A stretch of DNA of 64,000 nucleotides. Source: a virus (taxonomy: Duplodnaviria; Caudoviricetes). Both the position numbers and the translations under genes were made by a program. A model generated the notes under the pieces. It saw only the letters and a list, made by a program, of their open reading frames with translations. It ran no database searches and had not been told where the DNA came from. Where the stretch lies: positions 1 to 64,000 of IMG/VR virus record IMGVR_UViG_3300033463_000070, one strand, 5' to 3'. This document shows, piece by piece, positions 31,801 to 40,869 of the stretch; position 1 is the first letter of the stretch, and each line of letters starts with the position of its first letter.

Positions 31801-33372
31801 ATGTCTATTAATAATTTTTATTTTAAATCAGAATTTATTGACGAAAACAAATGGGATATTCGAAATATCGAAGGACCAAACAGAAAAGGAATTCGATATT
31901 TAACCGATAAAGATGAAACTAATTATTTATCATTCCATTTTGATATTGACCTTGACAGTGTGGATGGTATTCAATTCTATATGAATGGGTTAAATAAATC
32001 ATTATCATATGCTCGTATGAATATTAAAGTTATCAGTAATAATCAAACCGAAACTATTAAAACTTTTGCTAGAAGTAATCTATTTGAAATCAAGGAAGAA
32101 ATTTATAAAAAACATATGAATACAAAAGATATTACTATTGAACTTAATTTCTATGATGTAGAACTAAATTCAGAAATAATAATAAATGAATGTTTCTTGA
32201 TTGTGCAAAAAGACAATAAAAAGATTCATGTACCACAATTAAATGAACAAACATTATATATTGATAATTATGCAAATAAACATTATAAAATTAGTAGTCA
32301 AAATATGTGGGGACTTAACGACAAATCTCCACAATATTTAAACGGAAAAATGTTAGAAACAGGATTGCTTGCTTGCTTTGAATTTGACAATATTAATGTA
32401 GGAGATATATTTAAAATATATGACATAAACATGCACATGGTCTACAAAAACAAAGAAGGTAATATTATAACTGGTATACTACCTATAACCGAAGATAAAA
32501 TGAATATTCAATTAGTAGACGCTGATGTGGTTAAAAATAATGCAGAGAATTGGGGGTCATTCAGAGGAAATAGTGATGGTTTAAATAATTTAGAATCTGA
32601 AATTATTAACACAACTGATGAAAAATTGTTAGATTCTATCCCTATCTTAAATTCAGTATATCAATCATTCAAACCAGCAACAGAAGACTTTTATAAAGTT
32701 ATATTGCAATACGCTGGTAAAGCTGGATATCCAAATGATAATATCATAGTATCTATATATGATGATTTAAACAATTCACCTGATGTTTGTTTAGCATCAA
32801 AAAGAATTACACTACCAACTGTAATGAAAGATATTGATATTGATTTCCATATCACTGGGTTAAATACAGAAGAACAATATTGGATTATGATTGAAGATGA
32901 TAGTGCTGATGAAAATAATTATCATAAATTCAGACATAATAGTCATAAAGAATTAGGTATGTTATATATACAAAAAGATGGAGTATCAACATTATATGAC
33001 CATATAGCATTAAGTATGGCTATTGGTAATGGATATGATATGAGTGAGTTCTTCGAATATCCTCATACATGTGAATTAGATAATAATAATAAAACTTTCA
33101 AATTATATGATTCATTTTATCGATTCGATGTGCAAACAAGTAGCAATGTTTATTTAAATAATCTTTTGATTAAGAGTGGATATAAACATTTCTGCACACA
33201 AGAAGATATTGAAACAAGAGATGAAGAAGAACCATATGAAGATGAAGTATGGGATGGTCCTACTCAAGAAAGTAGTAGTTCCGAAAGTTTAACTCCTTAT
33301 CCTGATTGTGATGAATTGGATTGTGAGAGTTTAATAGAACCAGAACCGATAGAAGAACCAGAAAGTAGGTAA
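25834..33372 (+). CDS. 2512-aa virion protein with DUF11-like Ig repeats and four double-CxxC zinc ribbons
   Basis: DUF11-like ADLDVKTSVSNKTPYLNEIIDYTIKVTNRS and ITIGDEIYYVIEVIN; CxxC-x9/10-CxxC four times at ~30928-31470. Confidence 0.5.
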   Translation: MATKKVTIYPSKITTQATRSTETNTQILENKENLKSSNKSLAFWGVRHPTWKPSYLRRYPDSITTPSGSFNDPAPFTASKFKISGADKRSKVKNIWVEYKWEQISYSSTTAYGKFDKPIIKIKKGDKQLDSIYGAIPSKNRYDNCKSGSCQNVDSAELAKLHTHKLTGVSELTLDDLLNNVKIIFDPKKNTASNHCRIVIQFFRIIVEYTPYVSKDKKKDPPQIIDEEPEPQIIHPNYDISVKLDKKKALINEEYYCTLKVWNTVPNAEILSPLQVLLDIPVNTEISVVEMIGGGDITVNNGCQWYITDFENNMAQVKFICKTNLPVQQGTYIGSFFYPTTSQQGKSSDYIKIVSDDVEFSFYKSNTKSSFVQGSTEDNTSFFYVTMNASELPTGATIEIDTAGFITEETWGKWVKNTNDYDLNLVPNTNGIWKITNIKTQYIKLPSNLIDLTSQGAGQYTLLATYKKNEKILTRKIYLTVAGRKLQKEYFKLRLEDGSDVQYNDLSITEGDDLSIPLEFSMEDMYETFENNLIINGDTKRFSTKEARYASFDLYIESDEDETYENVIAYLDAYDEEYECEEIIIGADANIDLHTSNTGRTFCVIHELKTNTHNKLKFILQSDEPRETVIKLKPLNYDEYDTGKWKPMNITFKDIPDIQIKIKGPSEIIYHNNKEAEFKLQYIIQNKSNIKGEDIKFQLTEHTAFERDIYPYKFSAQYGASFNTPIFNDKKRTIYFPELSANGPEHILEVSYRARKKGIFEFAIQTVDYGNTLKDDQHYNIYRHKMLVNVTADLDVKTSVSNKTPYLNEIIDYTIKVTNRSKRQENLTFQIRDIGHYERNLHRKNDYNIIEWEGPGQFETKEDTEQEQWVNNYIGLWTLTNVQPDETNTLVLSLQPKDTGTHVINTITTDKNGNVQSFDDYVQVYEPDKKIDLNVYQAINQTEHENCCNPDILTEICDDDFITIGDEIYYVIEVINKERNDIHPADRVHGYLKEGAVVKVKIRLPKSFEYTGCATQDGDDGFEIDETGLITLHVDDITQCDSRKFCFKVIPQKKGKFVSNFILSARNTKTINKKLNLMVDSYFDERKTEHEITIYNFEKTNRYFRYELDGDNNLFKFYNKGDKSKRTVDVEKHNASKLEVYRGSTLKELVDKIKDESKYVEPELIRVGSNHLATKGYELYPNGFINRFGLLNSEVYHYTGQLPTIGNLVDYALRWDVDNWDQKVWTGKNYQNGVFSLTVNYSKIPTNFNILELTKPLNTLQVLVDRVKPFGTKAICYFSFDVKFEIKIVMDEIKSELLNDLSFNIKLEDLGLISWYNRHDNSVAIYFDLTKYYIDIDDDILISLSSQDKTFWDNKHIIGEVDAEYCVDVFNESRSRQYIEDAYDIVENLQDKSNYIKNVTISKHNVDEISPTSLLVTDKTTVNRIHNEDVFNFYFDYDINYDEKIGIFLDTEEGELYCQLIKNKLTHNQFQLIHPDGNIINTINKKNITNFKIQVQCFELNNKNKIIHFWCAINTLDYEYLGYYICSNTFAPSIFLFNKTSIGNTNNRICSYTYTSQKDDPITFSIDDNEHYTSPKYSEIYQTNSRYQWNNLNKIGKQPISLKTTLDSECEIKTIKPPKLMLRYDKFNLDRSDEIIDIFFDIKSNKAIENLNLGVFRDGTYYLPKKGVVKKIYMPHHIDNVIQEYNSTVSIQQPNITICSECLKTSLGYYNKCPYCSSESVTHQKEKQDVTICYNCGWVSDGWRTNCKHCLSKDIIRTTVDYNKTYCYNCRSMHDDYYSACPYCFSTNIIHLQNDSDMYRIYNQDITNIKPIVIQSDIEGSINVCNITIPLNKNSKKLDELKDLTLVMNVTNNNNGEYYYCETCETTGLGNPEKCPNCNESSPKYYHAINLYDNYNNKKSNLTMFVYSTVNGETSICEVTPNGGNVDGTVDIEIPILDLAKRNNRDSFNLIIDAENTIYKASKETIYKAPISNYGQEYLDKALQSIFMDMSINNFYFKSEFIDENKWDIRNIEGPNRKGIRYLTDKDETNYLSFHFDIDLDSVDGIQFYMNGLNKSLSYARMNIKVISNNQTETIKTFARSNLFEIKEEIYKKHMNTKDITIELNFYDVELNSEIIINECFLIVQKDNKKIHVPQLNEQTLYIDNYANKHYKISSQNMWGLNDKSPQYLNGKMLETGLLACFEFDNINVGDIFKIYDINMHMVYKNKEGNIITGILPITEDKMNIQLVDADVVKNNAENWGSFRGNSDGLNNLESEIINTTDEKLLDSIPILNSVYQSFKPATEDFYKVILQYAGKAGYPNDNIIVSIYDDLNNSPDVCLASKRITLPTVMKDIDIDFHITGLNTEEQYWIMIEDDSADENNYHKFRHNSHKELGMLYIQKDGVSTLYDHIALSMAIGNGYDMSEFFEYPHTCELDNNNKTFKLYDSFYRFDVQTSSNVYLNNLLIKSGYKHFCTQEDIETRDEEEPYEDEVWDGPTQESSSSESLTPYPDCDELDCESLIEPEPIEEPESR

Positions 33373-33377
33373 TAAAT

Positions 33378-33539
33378 ATGAAAATAAATACTGAGGCACA
33401 AATAAAACAACATATGATTGAAATTACAAAAAAAGATACTGGAGAAAAAAAGTATCTTTGTAAAATGAATGACGAATGGAAAGAAATTTCAAAAGAGGAT
33501 TATAATAAAATTTTAGGTGATAACAATGGCAAGCAATAA
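33378..33539 (+). CDS. 53-aa hypothetical protein (absent from the ORF track)
   Basis: Hand-translated MKINTEAQIKQHMIEITKKDTGEKKYLCKMNDEWKEISKEDYNKILGDNNGKQ; SD-like AGGT; fills the gap between two genes. Confidence 0.6.
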   Translation: MKINTEAQIKQHMIEITKKDTGEKKYLCKMNDEWKEISKEDYNKILGDNNGKQ

Positions 33540-33951
33540 AATAATTACAGCAGAAGGAAAAACAAAAATGTTAGAATATGTTTTTGCTGGAGACGAAGGT
33601 TTTAATTATCTTGCATTAGGAGTAGGAGGAAGTACTAATGATGCAAGTAATGCATCTAGTACTGGAGATAAAAATGATTTTAACGAATTAAGTGGAAACA
33701 ATTACGAAAGAGTTGCCTTAGTTAAAGAAGGTAATACCGCAGCAGATTCACAATCAATTACTTTATCAGCCACTTTTACAGATAGTAATTATAATCCATC
33801 AAACGGTGGAAATGTAGGTGAAATTGCTATCGTAAATAATGCTACAGCAAATGAAGAATTAGACACATTTTTCGCTTTTGCAGATATACCTGATATATTA
33901 AAATCTGATAACATTAGTTTAAAATACACTATTGTAATTTCAATATTATAA
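33526..33951 (+). CDS. Small baseplate/tail-fibre attachment protein
   Basis: SD AGGTGA then ATG 33526; IITAEGKTKML...YLALGVG...VGEIAIVN...ISLKYTIVI fits the small baseplate proteins that precede tail fibres. Confidence 0.55.
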   Translation: MASNKIITAEGKTKMLEYVFAGDEGFNYLALGVGGSTNDASNASSTGDKNDFNELSGNNYERVALVKEGNTAADSQSITLSATFTDSNYNPSNGGNVGEIAIVNNATANEELDTFFAFADIPDILKSDNISLKYTIVISIL

Positions 33952-33962
33952 GGTGAGAACAA

Positions 33963-36900
33963 ATGCCCTCATATTATAATAGAATAAAAGGGACATTAGA
34001 AGTAGCCAAATTAGCTAGAGCATCAGATATACATTTAATTCAGTCTGGAATTCAAAACGCTATTTCTAATGTTATTATAGATATGTTTGGGCCAAGTTTT
34101 GTATTAGGAGAATCAGAAAACGATTTAAAACTTGTTCCAACTGCTATACATGTAGACCAAATAAATACAAGTTGTGATGAAGACAACCAATGGATTTCTT
34201 TTTACGATAGATATTTCAGACAATCTTTATTTATTGAAAAATCATCTATAGAATCAATCACATTAAATATGATAAATGATTCTAAAATAGAGACTACTAT
34301 TTATGCTGAAATAAGAGATATTAATTATAATTTACTAAAAGAAACAAACGCAAAACTTCATTGTACTGAATCTGATGGATACGAAGAAGTTACATTTCAT
34401 TTTGATTTACATCATTTAGGTGTGGGTAGATACTACTTTGTATTAAAACCTGTAGATATATCTGCCGCTGATTTGGCATTAAACGGTGATGAGGGCACAA
34501 TAGAAGTTATAGAACCAGAAATGTTTTGTGTAAGATATGATAGAGAAGGTAGCTACGAACAAGGACTCGAAGCATCATACAACGGAGTAGATTATTTAGA
34601 TGCTTGCTTACTTGAAGACCAACTCGAATACGAAGACGGAGAAACCTACACAACAACAAACAATAATTTCGACTTATATTTTGAACACACATTCAGCTCA
34701 GGAAACACATATCTAATTAATCCCGGAGCAGCTGTAGTACATGGACAAAAAGTATACGCACGAGATACACATGTCACAATTGCTGGACCATCTCCATTAG
34801 GGGATAGAACTGACTTAGTTGTTTTAACACAAGAAGGATATCTTAACGTTATAAAAGGCAGTGTTTATAATGGAGCAATCAAAAGACCAAGTAGTGATAG
34901 TGGATTAAAAATAGCATACATCACAAGTTACAAAACAGAAAATGCTGATTGGATATGTCCAAGTTGCCAAGTAAGTAATGATGGAAATTCAAGTGAATGT
35001 TATAATTGTGGTTCAACAATAAACACAAAAGTACCATTAATAGAACAAGCTGACGATAATGGTATGACTCGGCAAAGAGACGTTCTTGAACGATTACGTC
35101 GATTAGAAAAAATGATGACATATGAGCAAGAATATAATCGTCCAACAAGAGTTAAATACATTTGTACAAATGACCCAGTTGTTTTCCAAAGCAATGATGA
35201 ATACGATAATACTTATATAGATGCTGATGCCCCATATGGAATGACAACTATTTATAAAGGAGGTCAGAGAGTAGATGTACCTGCCTCATCAGTAAGCAGT
35301 GAAGAATATATGTGGGCACTCAGAGAAGACCCATACGACCATCAAACATTTGCAGCCGTAACTGAAACTGAACGTGGTAAAATATATATATGGGACTTAG
35401 TTAATTATGATACCAAACCAAAAACAGTAGGATATGGAAATTATATTACAGTACGTGTTGAAGGAAGTAATGGACATGGAAAAGCAGGTATTCCAGTTAC
35501 AGTAAAAATTTCAGGAAAAGGCAATACCTTTGAACAAACAATCAACACAAATAAAAATGGAAATATTCGTATTAACCCTTATAAATCATTAAATTGGGCG
35601 GCCGGAACATATAAAATGCAAGCAACTCATAATGGAAAAACCGTATCAGCTACATATACTATTGTTAAAAAAACAAGCAAAAACGGAGATTATGTAGGTA
35701 TGGATTTAAATGTTGTTGATATGGATAGATATGATAAAAATTTATTAACATTAGAAGGAGCATCTGTAGATAAAACTGGACAACAATTAATATCTGCAAC
35801 TATATATTTAGGAACAGTTGCAGGAGGTGTAGGAACATTAATGGACTTTACACCTGTCGATAGGACGAAAGAACATACGGATTATACAAAAAAAGATTTT
35901 AAAAATTTAATTAAAGGATTTAAAACATATAAAATCAAAAGACACGCAGGAAATGTAGATATTATTGTAGGGTCACACACTCCAGAACCAGTTCACACAC
36001 GAGTCGTAGGAGAAAAAGTAATTACCGGAAATGATGCATTTCATTTTGAAAATGCAACTATCGATTTACAAAAAGGTAGTTTCCAAATAGCACAAGTCAA
36101 TGATAAAGATGACGAATATACAACAAATGAATTAATATCAGAAGCTAATCCAAACGAAAAAGCGGAAGCTGTATACACTATATACAATAACATTAAAGAA
36201 ATGAATAGTGAATATCCTGTTTTAGATTTCCATTATCAAGGAGGGTATATACATAGTTTAACTCCTTATATTAAAAAATTTAAAAATATAGAATCATTTA
36301 AAATAATTCTTTTTGAAAATAATTTGACATTTAACCAAACAGAAAATCATAGATTACTATATCAAAAGAAAATTGAAGATGATGAAAATTTCCCAAATGT
36401 ATATGTCAGTCCAGAAGTAGAAATTTCAAGTGCAGCAAAAACAGATAAATCAGGGAATAAAATATTAAATAATTATCATAAATTTATTGTAGACCAACAC
36501 ATTCCACAAGGAAATTATTCATTATTCTTTTATGCCAAAATAGCTGAAGGATACACTGAGGGTGCTATATTTGTCGACGAATATCCAGCTATGAGTGAAT
36601 CTGATAAATATGGAACTGCTACTAAAGTACAAGGAACATGTAATCCAGCCATAATAAGCTTAGAAACTAACAGTGCATCTGGTAATACATGGGATTTACT
36701 TCGTGAAGAAAAAAGTAATCAATACAAAGCTACAGGTATAGTTATTTCCAAACCAATATCTGTAGATAGTAATTATGAAATAAGGTCTGTCAAATTAGAT
36801 TATAATAATAAGATACCTGATGGATGTGATATGACAATTCAAGTATCTAATGATGGAGGAAGAAATTGGGTTACAGCTAAACATAATATAGTAACATTCA

Positions 36901-39272
36901 GTGGATTAGGTAGTATTTTTGAATGGAAAGTAGTTATGAGAGGTAACGGGACAGGAACTCCAATGCTTGAATTTGATTATGATAGAGGTTATGCTCTTAA
37001 AGTCACATTAAATACAATTACAAGTGATTATGTATCATATGAAGATTATGGTAGGTGTTTACCTACTCCGGTTATGGATTTCACAGCTATGACATATAAG
37101 GTATTTGGAGATTCTACTATAACTCAAAAAGACTTCAGTGAATGGGAATGGGCTCGTTTGTTTATGGAAGATGAAGATAGATTAAATAATATTACTATAC
37201 TTATATCAAATGGTAATACTGACGATAACCCTATTTATACTAGTACAAGAATGGATGATTGGAATAGAAATTTATTCTTCCATCAAGCAATTTGTGATTT
37301 AACATTAGATGATTTTGAACATACTTCAATAGATTATAGCAATTATGACCCAACTATAGAGCATGATGAATATAATTTTAGATTTAAATATGATACGGAA
37401 TACGGAGAAACAGTCGGCTCAGGGGTAGCTATAGGTGACTGGAGAAACGCAAAAGCATTTGCTAATTATCCAATAATTGATATGGGTAATTTTGAAAGTG
37501 TTGATAAAAGTAATATCTCATATGTATACAGAGGAAATGCAGGAAATGTATGGACTCAATATTCAGGTACAAAAGCAATTGCGGAACCATATTGGGGAAC
37601 AAGATATTTAGGACCTCAAGATTCAGCAAATAATTCAACCGCAAAATATTACAATTCAGAAGACGATAATACTTATGACAGAAGAGCAATTATAGCAGGA
37701 ATGCTGTTTGAAGATGGACTCACTATTGATGATAAATATCTTGATTTAACTCTTGATATTTTTGTATCCATGGGAAGCACAGAAGGAAGACCAATCGATG
37801 AAAACAACGATGCTATAAAATACGATGAAAAAGGAAAACCTATACACAAAACAGATGACAATGGTGTTGCGTTATACAGTGATGTTGCAAAAATACATCC
37901 ATTATATGAAGAAGAAACCGGTGTAGCATACTTCCCGGGTGGAACATTTGAAATAGTTGTATCACTTAACCCATATGGACTTATGGATAATGATGCAAGT
38001 TATGGACAAAGATATACAATCACTAATAGATTATATAATAATACATATAATAAAATATCTATTCCAGACATCTTTGATGATTTTGTTGGAAGTGACATTT
38101 ATTGTATAGGAATAAGAGCTATAGATAATAATAGTAGTGCCATCGATGGTCAAAGCGTAGGTGGACTAAAACAAGGTGATGTTATCGGAATAGGAGATTT
38201 AAAATTCGGTAGTCATGATAGATTATTATATTGGCCATCTACTAGACGATATGCATGGAAAAAAGGTGCTATGGTAGATGAAGGAAGAATGACAAAACAA
38301 CATTCATATGCCTCAGTACAAGAATATCTAAATGGAATAGGCACAGTAATTTTCCCATTAACAAGAGATTATCCAAGAGATAAAAATGGTAGACATTATC
38401 CTAACCCAAATTTTGAAACTCGTGATATTGAAGAAGCTGTAACAAAACCTTCAGCACGATATAAAGATAGTTATGGTGGAACACAATTTGTGGATGGAGA
38501 ATACAGTGGGCTTGGAACTCCATTAAGATACAGACAAACAGATAATGGAGTCAAAAAAGGTGAATACACTCCTTGTGGAGAATCAAGTAATGCAAATGAT
38601 ATACATATCGCTGGAGACAAAATATTAGATGGAAATAATCACAGTACTGATTTGCAATTCCCACAAATGATATTTACATTCCTTAAGGAACCCGTAGTTG
38701 ATGAACCGTCATTTTATATAGATGTCGATTTTAATTTAGACGCTTATAAATGGGTAAGAATTGAACATTGGATAGAATCTGAACTAATAAACCAAGAACC
38801 ATCAGATAACGAAAAAAATAGATATAATGATGGATTCACCTATTATACTCAAATGCCTGATGGAAAATGGACCAAAACACAAGGACAATTACACGCCGGA
38901 GATATAGTTGTTGAATTTTATGACACAAGAGACCACACAGATAATGGAGTAAAACCGGTTGAAATATTTAATTTACCTGCATGGGGAAGAATACAAACAA
39001 GGTCTAAAGCAACAAATAAAGAAGTTAATGCATGGTTTAAAGTACGTAATGGTGGAAGAATTAAACGTATAGTTATTAAGCGTAAAAACCCAACAGGAGA
39101 TACCAATATATCTTATCCTTTAAGATTACATCTTTACGATATTGGTATGCACAGAGAACAAACTGTACCAGCATTAGGTTCACAATTACAAATGAGAGTT
39201 TATCCAAAAGCAGAAGCAACAGGGGACAACACAAATATCAGAAAATTTGGAGTTGTTTATAGAATAGCATAG
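33963..39272 (+). CDS. Giant baseplate wedge/tail-fibre-like protein with RanBP2-type zinc finger
   Basis: SD AGGTGAG; INPGAAVVHGQKV...DRTDLVVL wedge-type motif; VSNDGGRNW; W-x-C-x2-C-x3-N-x6-C-x2-C at ~34950-35009. Confidence 0.5.
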   Translation: MPSYYNRIKGTLEVAKLARASDIHLIQSGIQNAISNVIIDMFGPSFVLGESENDLKLVPTAIHVDQINTSCDEDNQWISFYDRYFRQSLFIEKSSIESITLNMINDSKIETTIYAEIRDINYNLLKETNAKLHCTESDGYEEVTFHFDLHHLGVGRYYFVLKPVDISAADLALNGDEGTIEVIEPEMFCVRYDREGSYEQGLEASYNGVDYLDACLLEDQLEYEDGETYTTTNNNFDLYFEHTFSSGNTYLINPGAAVVHGQKVYARDTHVTIAGPSPLGDRTDLVVLTQEGYLNVIKGSVYNGAIKRPSSDSGLKIAYITSYKTENADWICPSCQVSNDGNSSECYNCGSTINTKVPLIEQADDNGMTRQRDVLERLRRLEKMMTYEQEYNRPTRVKYICTNDPVVFQSNDEYDNTYIDADAPYGMTTIYKGGQRVDVPASSVSSEEYMWALREDPYDHQTFAAVTETERGKIYIWDLVNYDTKPKTVGYGNYITVRVEGSNGHGKAGIPVTVKISGKGNTFEQTINTNKNGNIRINPYKSLNWAAGTYKMQATHNGKTVSATYTIVKKTSKNGDYVGMDLNVVDMDRYDKNLLTLEGASVDKTGQQLISATIYLGTVAGGVGTLMDFTPVDRTKEHTDYTKKDFKNLIKGFKTYKIKRHAGNVDIIVGSHTPEPVHTRVVGEKVITGNDAFHFENATIDLQKGSFQIAQVNDKDDEYTTNELISEANPNEKAEAVYTIYNNIKEMNSEYPVLDFHYQGGYIHSLTPYIKKFKNIESFKIILFENNLTFNQTENHRLLYQKKIEDDENFPNVYVSPEVEISSAAKTDKSGNKILNNYHKFIVDQHIPQGNYSLFFYAKIAEGYTEGAIFVDEYPAMSESDKYGTATKVQGTCNPAIISLETNSASGNTWDLLREEKSNQYKATGIVISKPISVDSNYEIRSVKLDYNNKIPDGCDMTIQVSNDGGRNWVTAKHNIVTFSGLGSIFEWKVVMRGNGTGTPMLEFDYDRGYALKVTLNTITSDYVSYEDYGRCLPTPVMDFTAMTYKVFGDSTITQKDFSEWEWARLFMEDEDRLNNITILISNGNTDDNPIYTSTRMDDWNRNLFFHQAICDLTLDDFEHTSIDYSNYDPTIEHDEYNFRFKYDTEYGETVGSGVAIGDWRNAKAFANYPIIDMGNFESVDKSNISYVYRGNAGNVWTQYSGTKAIAEPYWGTRYLGPQDSANNSTAKYYNSEDDNTYDRRAIIAGMLFEDGLTIDDKYLDLTLDIFVSMGSTEGRPIDENNDAIKYDEKGKPIHKTDDNGVALYSDVAKIHPLYEEETGVAYFPGGTFEIVVSLNPYGLMDNDASYGQRYTITNRLYNNTYNKISIPDIFDDFVGSDIYCIGIRAIDNNSSAIDGQSVGGLKQGDVIGIGDLKFGSHDRLLYWPSTRRYAWKKGAMVDEGRMTKQHSYASVQEYLNGIGTVIFPLTRDYPRDKNGRHYPNPNFETRDIEEAVTKPSARYKDSYGGTQFVDGEYSGLGTPLRYRQTDNGVKKGEYTPCGESSNANDIHIAGDKILDGNNHSTDLQFPQMIFTFLKEPVVDEPSFYIDVDFNLDAYKWVRIEHWIESELINQEPSDNEKNRYNDGFTYYTQMPDGKWTKTQGQLHAGDIVVEFYDTRDHTDNGVKPVEIFNLPAWGRIQTRSKATNKEVNAWFKVRNGGRIKRIVIKRKNPTGDTNISYPLRLHLYDIGMHREQTVPALGSQLQMRVYPKAEATGDNTNIRKFGVVYRIA

Positions 39273-39280
39273 GTGATATC

Positions 39281-39601
39281 ATGGCAGATTATTTTGAAAC
39301 TCAAACAGCAGCCGAAGTCAATGAAATTGATTTTAAAAGAATCACTCAAGACAATATCAGATTACAAAACCAAATACAAGAACAAGTAATCAATGATATA
39401 AGTAATAAAATAGATAACATCGGAGAGTCCATTGAGGCTCCCGAAATTGACCTTACAGAAGTCACTGATATGCTTGCCGATATTGATACAAATATTATCA
39501 GTGCTCAAAATCAAGATATTATTGACATCGTCCAACAACAACAATCCCAAATTAATTCTATGGAAGAGAAATTGGATATGATATTGAAAAAATTAGAGTG
39601 A
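39281..39601 (+). CDS. Acidic coiled-coil hypothetical protein
   Basis: SD AGGTGA; heptad-like pattern. Confidence 0.5.
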   Translation: MADYFETQTAAEVNEIDFKRITQDNIRLQNQIQEQVINDISNKIDNIGESIEAPEIDLTEVTDMLADIDTNIISAQNQDIIDIVQQQQSQINSMEEKLDMILKKLE

Positions 39602-39605
39602 AACT

Positions 39606-40190
39606 ATGGAAAAAATAATACGTGAAGAAATACACGATATTGCTGACAAAATATATGAGTTACAACAAAAATCAGAAAAACTTACTAATGGTCAGCGATA
39701 TGCAGCTATCAATGAGATAGAAAAAAATATTACTCCACTCCGTATTGACCTTCGTAAATTAGAGCGTGAGTTATACGACCAAAATAATAATAAACGAGAA
39801 ATCATTAAACAAATTGATACAATAGGGAAACAAATAACAGAGCTTGAAGAAATAAAAAGTGATTTAACTGCTCGTATTAATACAGAAAGTGAACATACTA
39901 GACAGGAACTTAATGATAAAATTATTAACTATATGAAAGAAGAGCTCACTCCTCTAAAAAACGCAACATTAGACAATCAAAAAGAAATCGCCGAAATAAA
40001 AAAAAGCATTTATGAATTAAAACTTGATATAACAGAACGAGAAAAAAATAGGGACGTTGAAGAAGCGAAAAAATTCGACCGCTTCAAATGGATAATTACT
40101 GGAGTAGTTGCTGCCTTAGCAGCAATCTCCTCATTATCATTATGGCTTGAACCAAGTATTAGAATATTGGTTCGAATATTGACTAGTTAA
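39606..40190 (+). CDS. Coiled-coil protein with C-terminal transmembrane helix (XhlA/holin-like lysis protein)
   Basis: Long heptad region then RFKWIITGVVAALAAISSLSLWL; last gene of the late block. Confidence 0.5.
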   Translation: MEKIIREEIHDIADKIYELQQKSEKLTNGQRYAAINEIEKNITPLRIDLRKLERELYDQNNNKREIIKQIDTIGKQITELEEIKSDLTARINTESEHTRQELNDKIINYMKEELTPLKNATLDNQKEIAEIKKSIYELKLDITEREKNRDVEEAKKFDRFKWIITGVVAALAAISSLSLWLEPSIRILVRILTS

Positions 40191-40387
40191 TATTTGAGTG
40201 CTAACTCAATATCTTCTTCTTTGACGGTTTTTCTGCCTGCGTGTTTTGCGAAACCGTTTGCTCTTAATGCTACATCTGCAGCCCAGTCTTCAGCACTTGC
40301 TACTAATCTTGTAACTGCTTTATCACTACTTCTTATTGCTCCTACTGATTTTATAATTTTTTTTCCGCTTGCTTTTGGTATAACCAT
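40187..40387 (-). CDS. Archaeal histone (HMf/HMt family)
   Basis: Gap-free alignment to HMfB with P4, I11-I12-K13, G16-A17, R19, S21-D22 and HAGRKTVKEEDIELA; SD GGAGG. Confidence 0.92.
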   Translation of the reverse strand: MVIPKASGKKIIKSVGAIRSSDKAVTRLVASAEDWAADVALRANGFAKHAGRKTVKEEDIELALKY

Positions 40388-40418
40388 ATTTTAAGCCTCC
40401 ATTTTATTTTTTTTGTTT

Positions 40419-40434
40419 ACAAGTTTAAACTTGT
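40419..40434. promoter_or_regulatory. Perfect 16-bp palindrome ACAAGTTTAAACTTGT at the predicted histone transcription start (operator candidate)
   Basis: Seen directly; it begins about 25 nt downstream of the TATA box. Confidence 0.5.
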
Positions 40435-40453
40435 TACTTATATGTTAGTCTAA

Positions 40454-40846
40454 TCAACTATTTAAATCTTTCGCTTTTATCCACATCTTATTTTCCCTAC
40501 ACAACTTCACAAATAATTTATATTCTTCATAAGTCAGATTGTATTTCTTTAAGAAAGGAGGCAGGTCAATAAGCAATGACCTAATCATTCCGGGAAAATC
40601 ATACATAGTTATAGATAAATTTCTAAGTTTTTCTTTATCTACACCTTTGATGGGGAGTTTATGTTTCTTTAATTCATCAATAATTACTTGTTCATAATAT
40701 TCGTTCCCATCAAGTTCATATAAATAAAGTTTTTGTTTTTTCTTCTTACATTCTTTGCAATAATAAGATAATCCATCTGGATTGTTTTTGTTTTTACTAA
40801 AGCAACTCTCATCGAGTACTCTTTTACAACTATTACACTGTTTCAT
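40454..40846 (-). CDS. Zinc-finger protein (CxxC...CxxC module seen at the N-terminus of HNH/endonuclease VII proteins)
   Basis: KQCNSCKRVLDESCFSKNKNNPDGLSYYCKEC; no nuclease motif recognised downstream. Confidence 0.55.
   Translation of the reverse strand: MKQCNSCKRVLDESCFSKNKNNPDGLSYYCKECKKKKQKLYLYELDGNEYYEQVIIDELKKHKLPIKGVDKEKLRNLSITMYDFPGMIRSLLIDLPPFLKKYNLTYEEYKLFVKLCRENKMWIKAKDLNS
40459..40473 (-). promoter_or_regulatory. Archaeal BRE-TATA promoter CGAAA-GA-TTTAAATA (histone)
   Basis: Matches the methanogen consensus; same layout as the promoters at 42144 and 57251. Confidence 0.7.
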
Positions 40847-40869
40847 CAATTACCACAAAAATAAATTAA

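Noticed and set aside
4461-38240. Avoidance of CTAG or GGCC (sites of known Methanobacteriales restriction enzymes)
   Set aside because: Both occur repeatedly (e.g. CTAG near 4460 and 4553; GGCC near 7017, 7358 and 38234).
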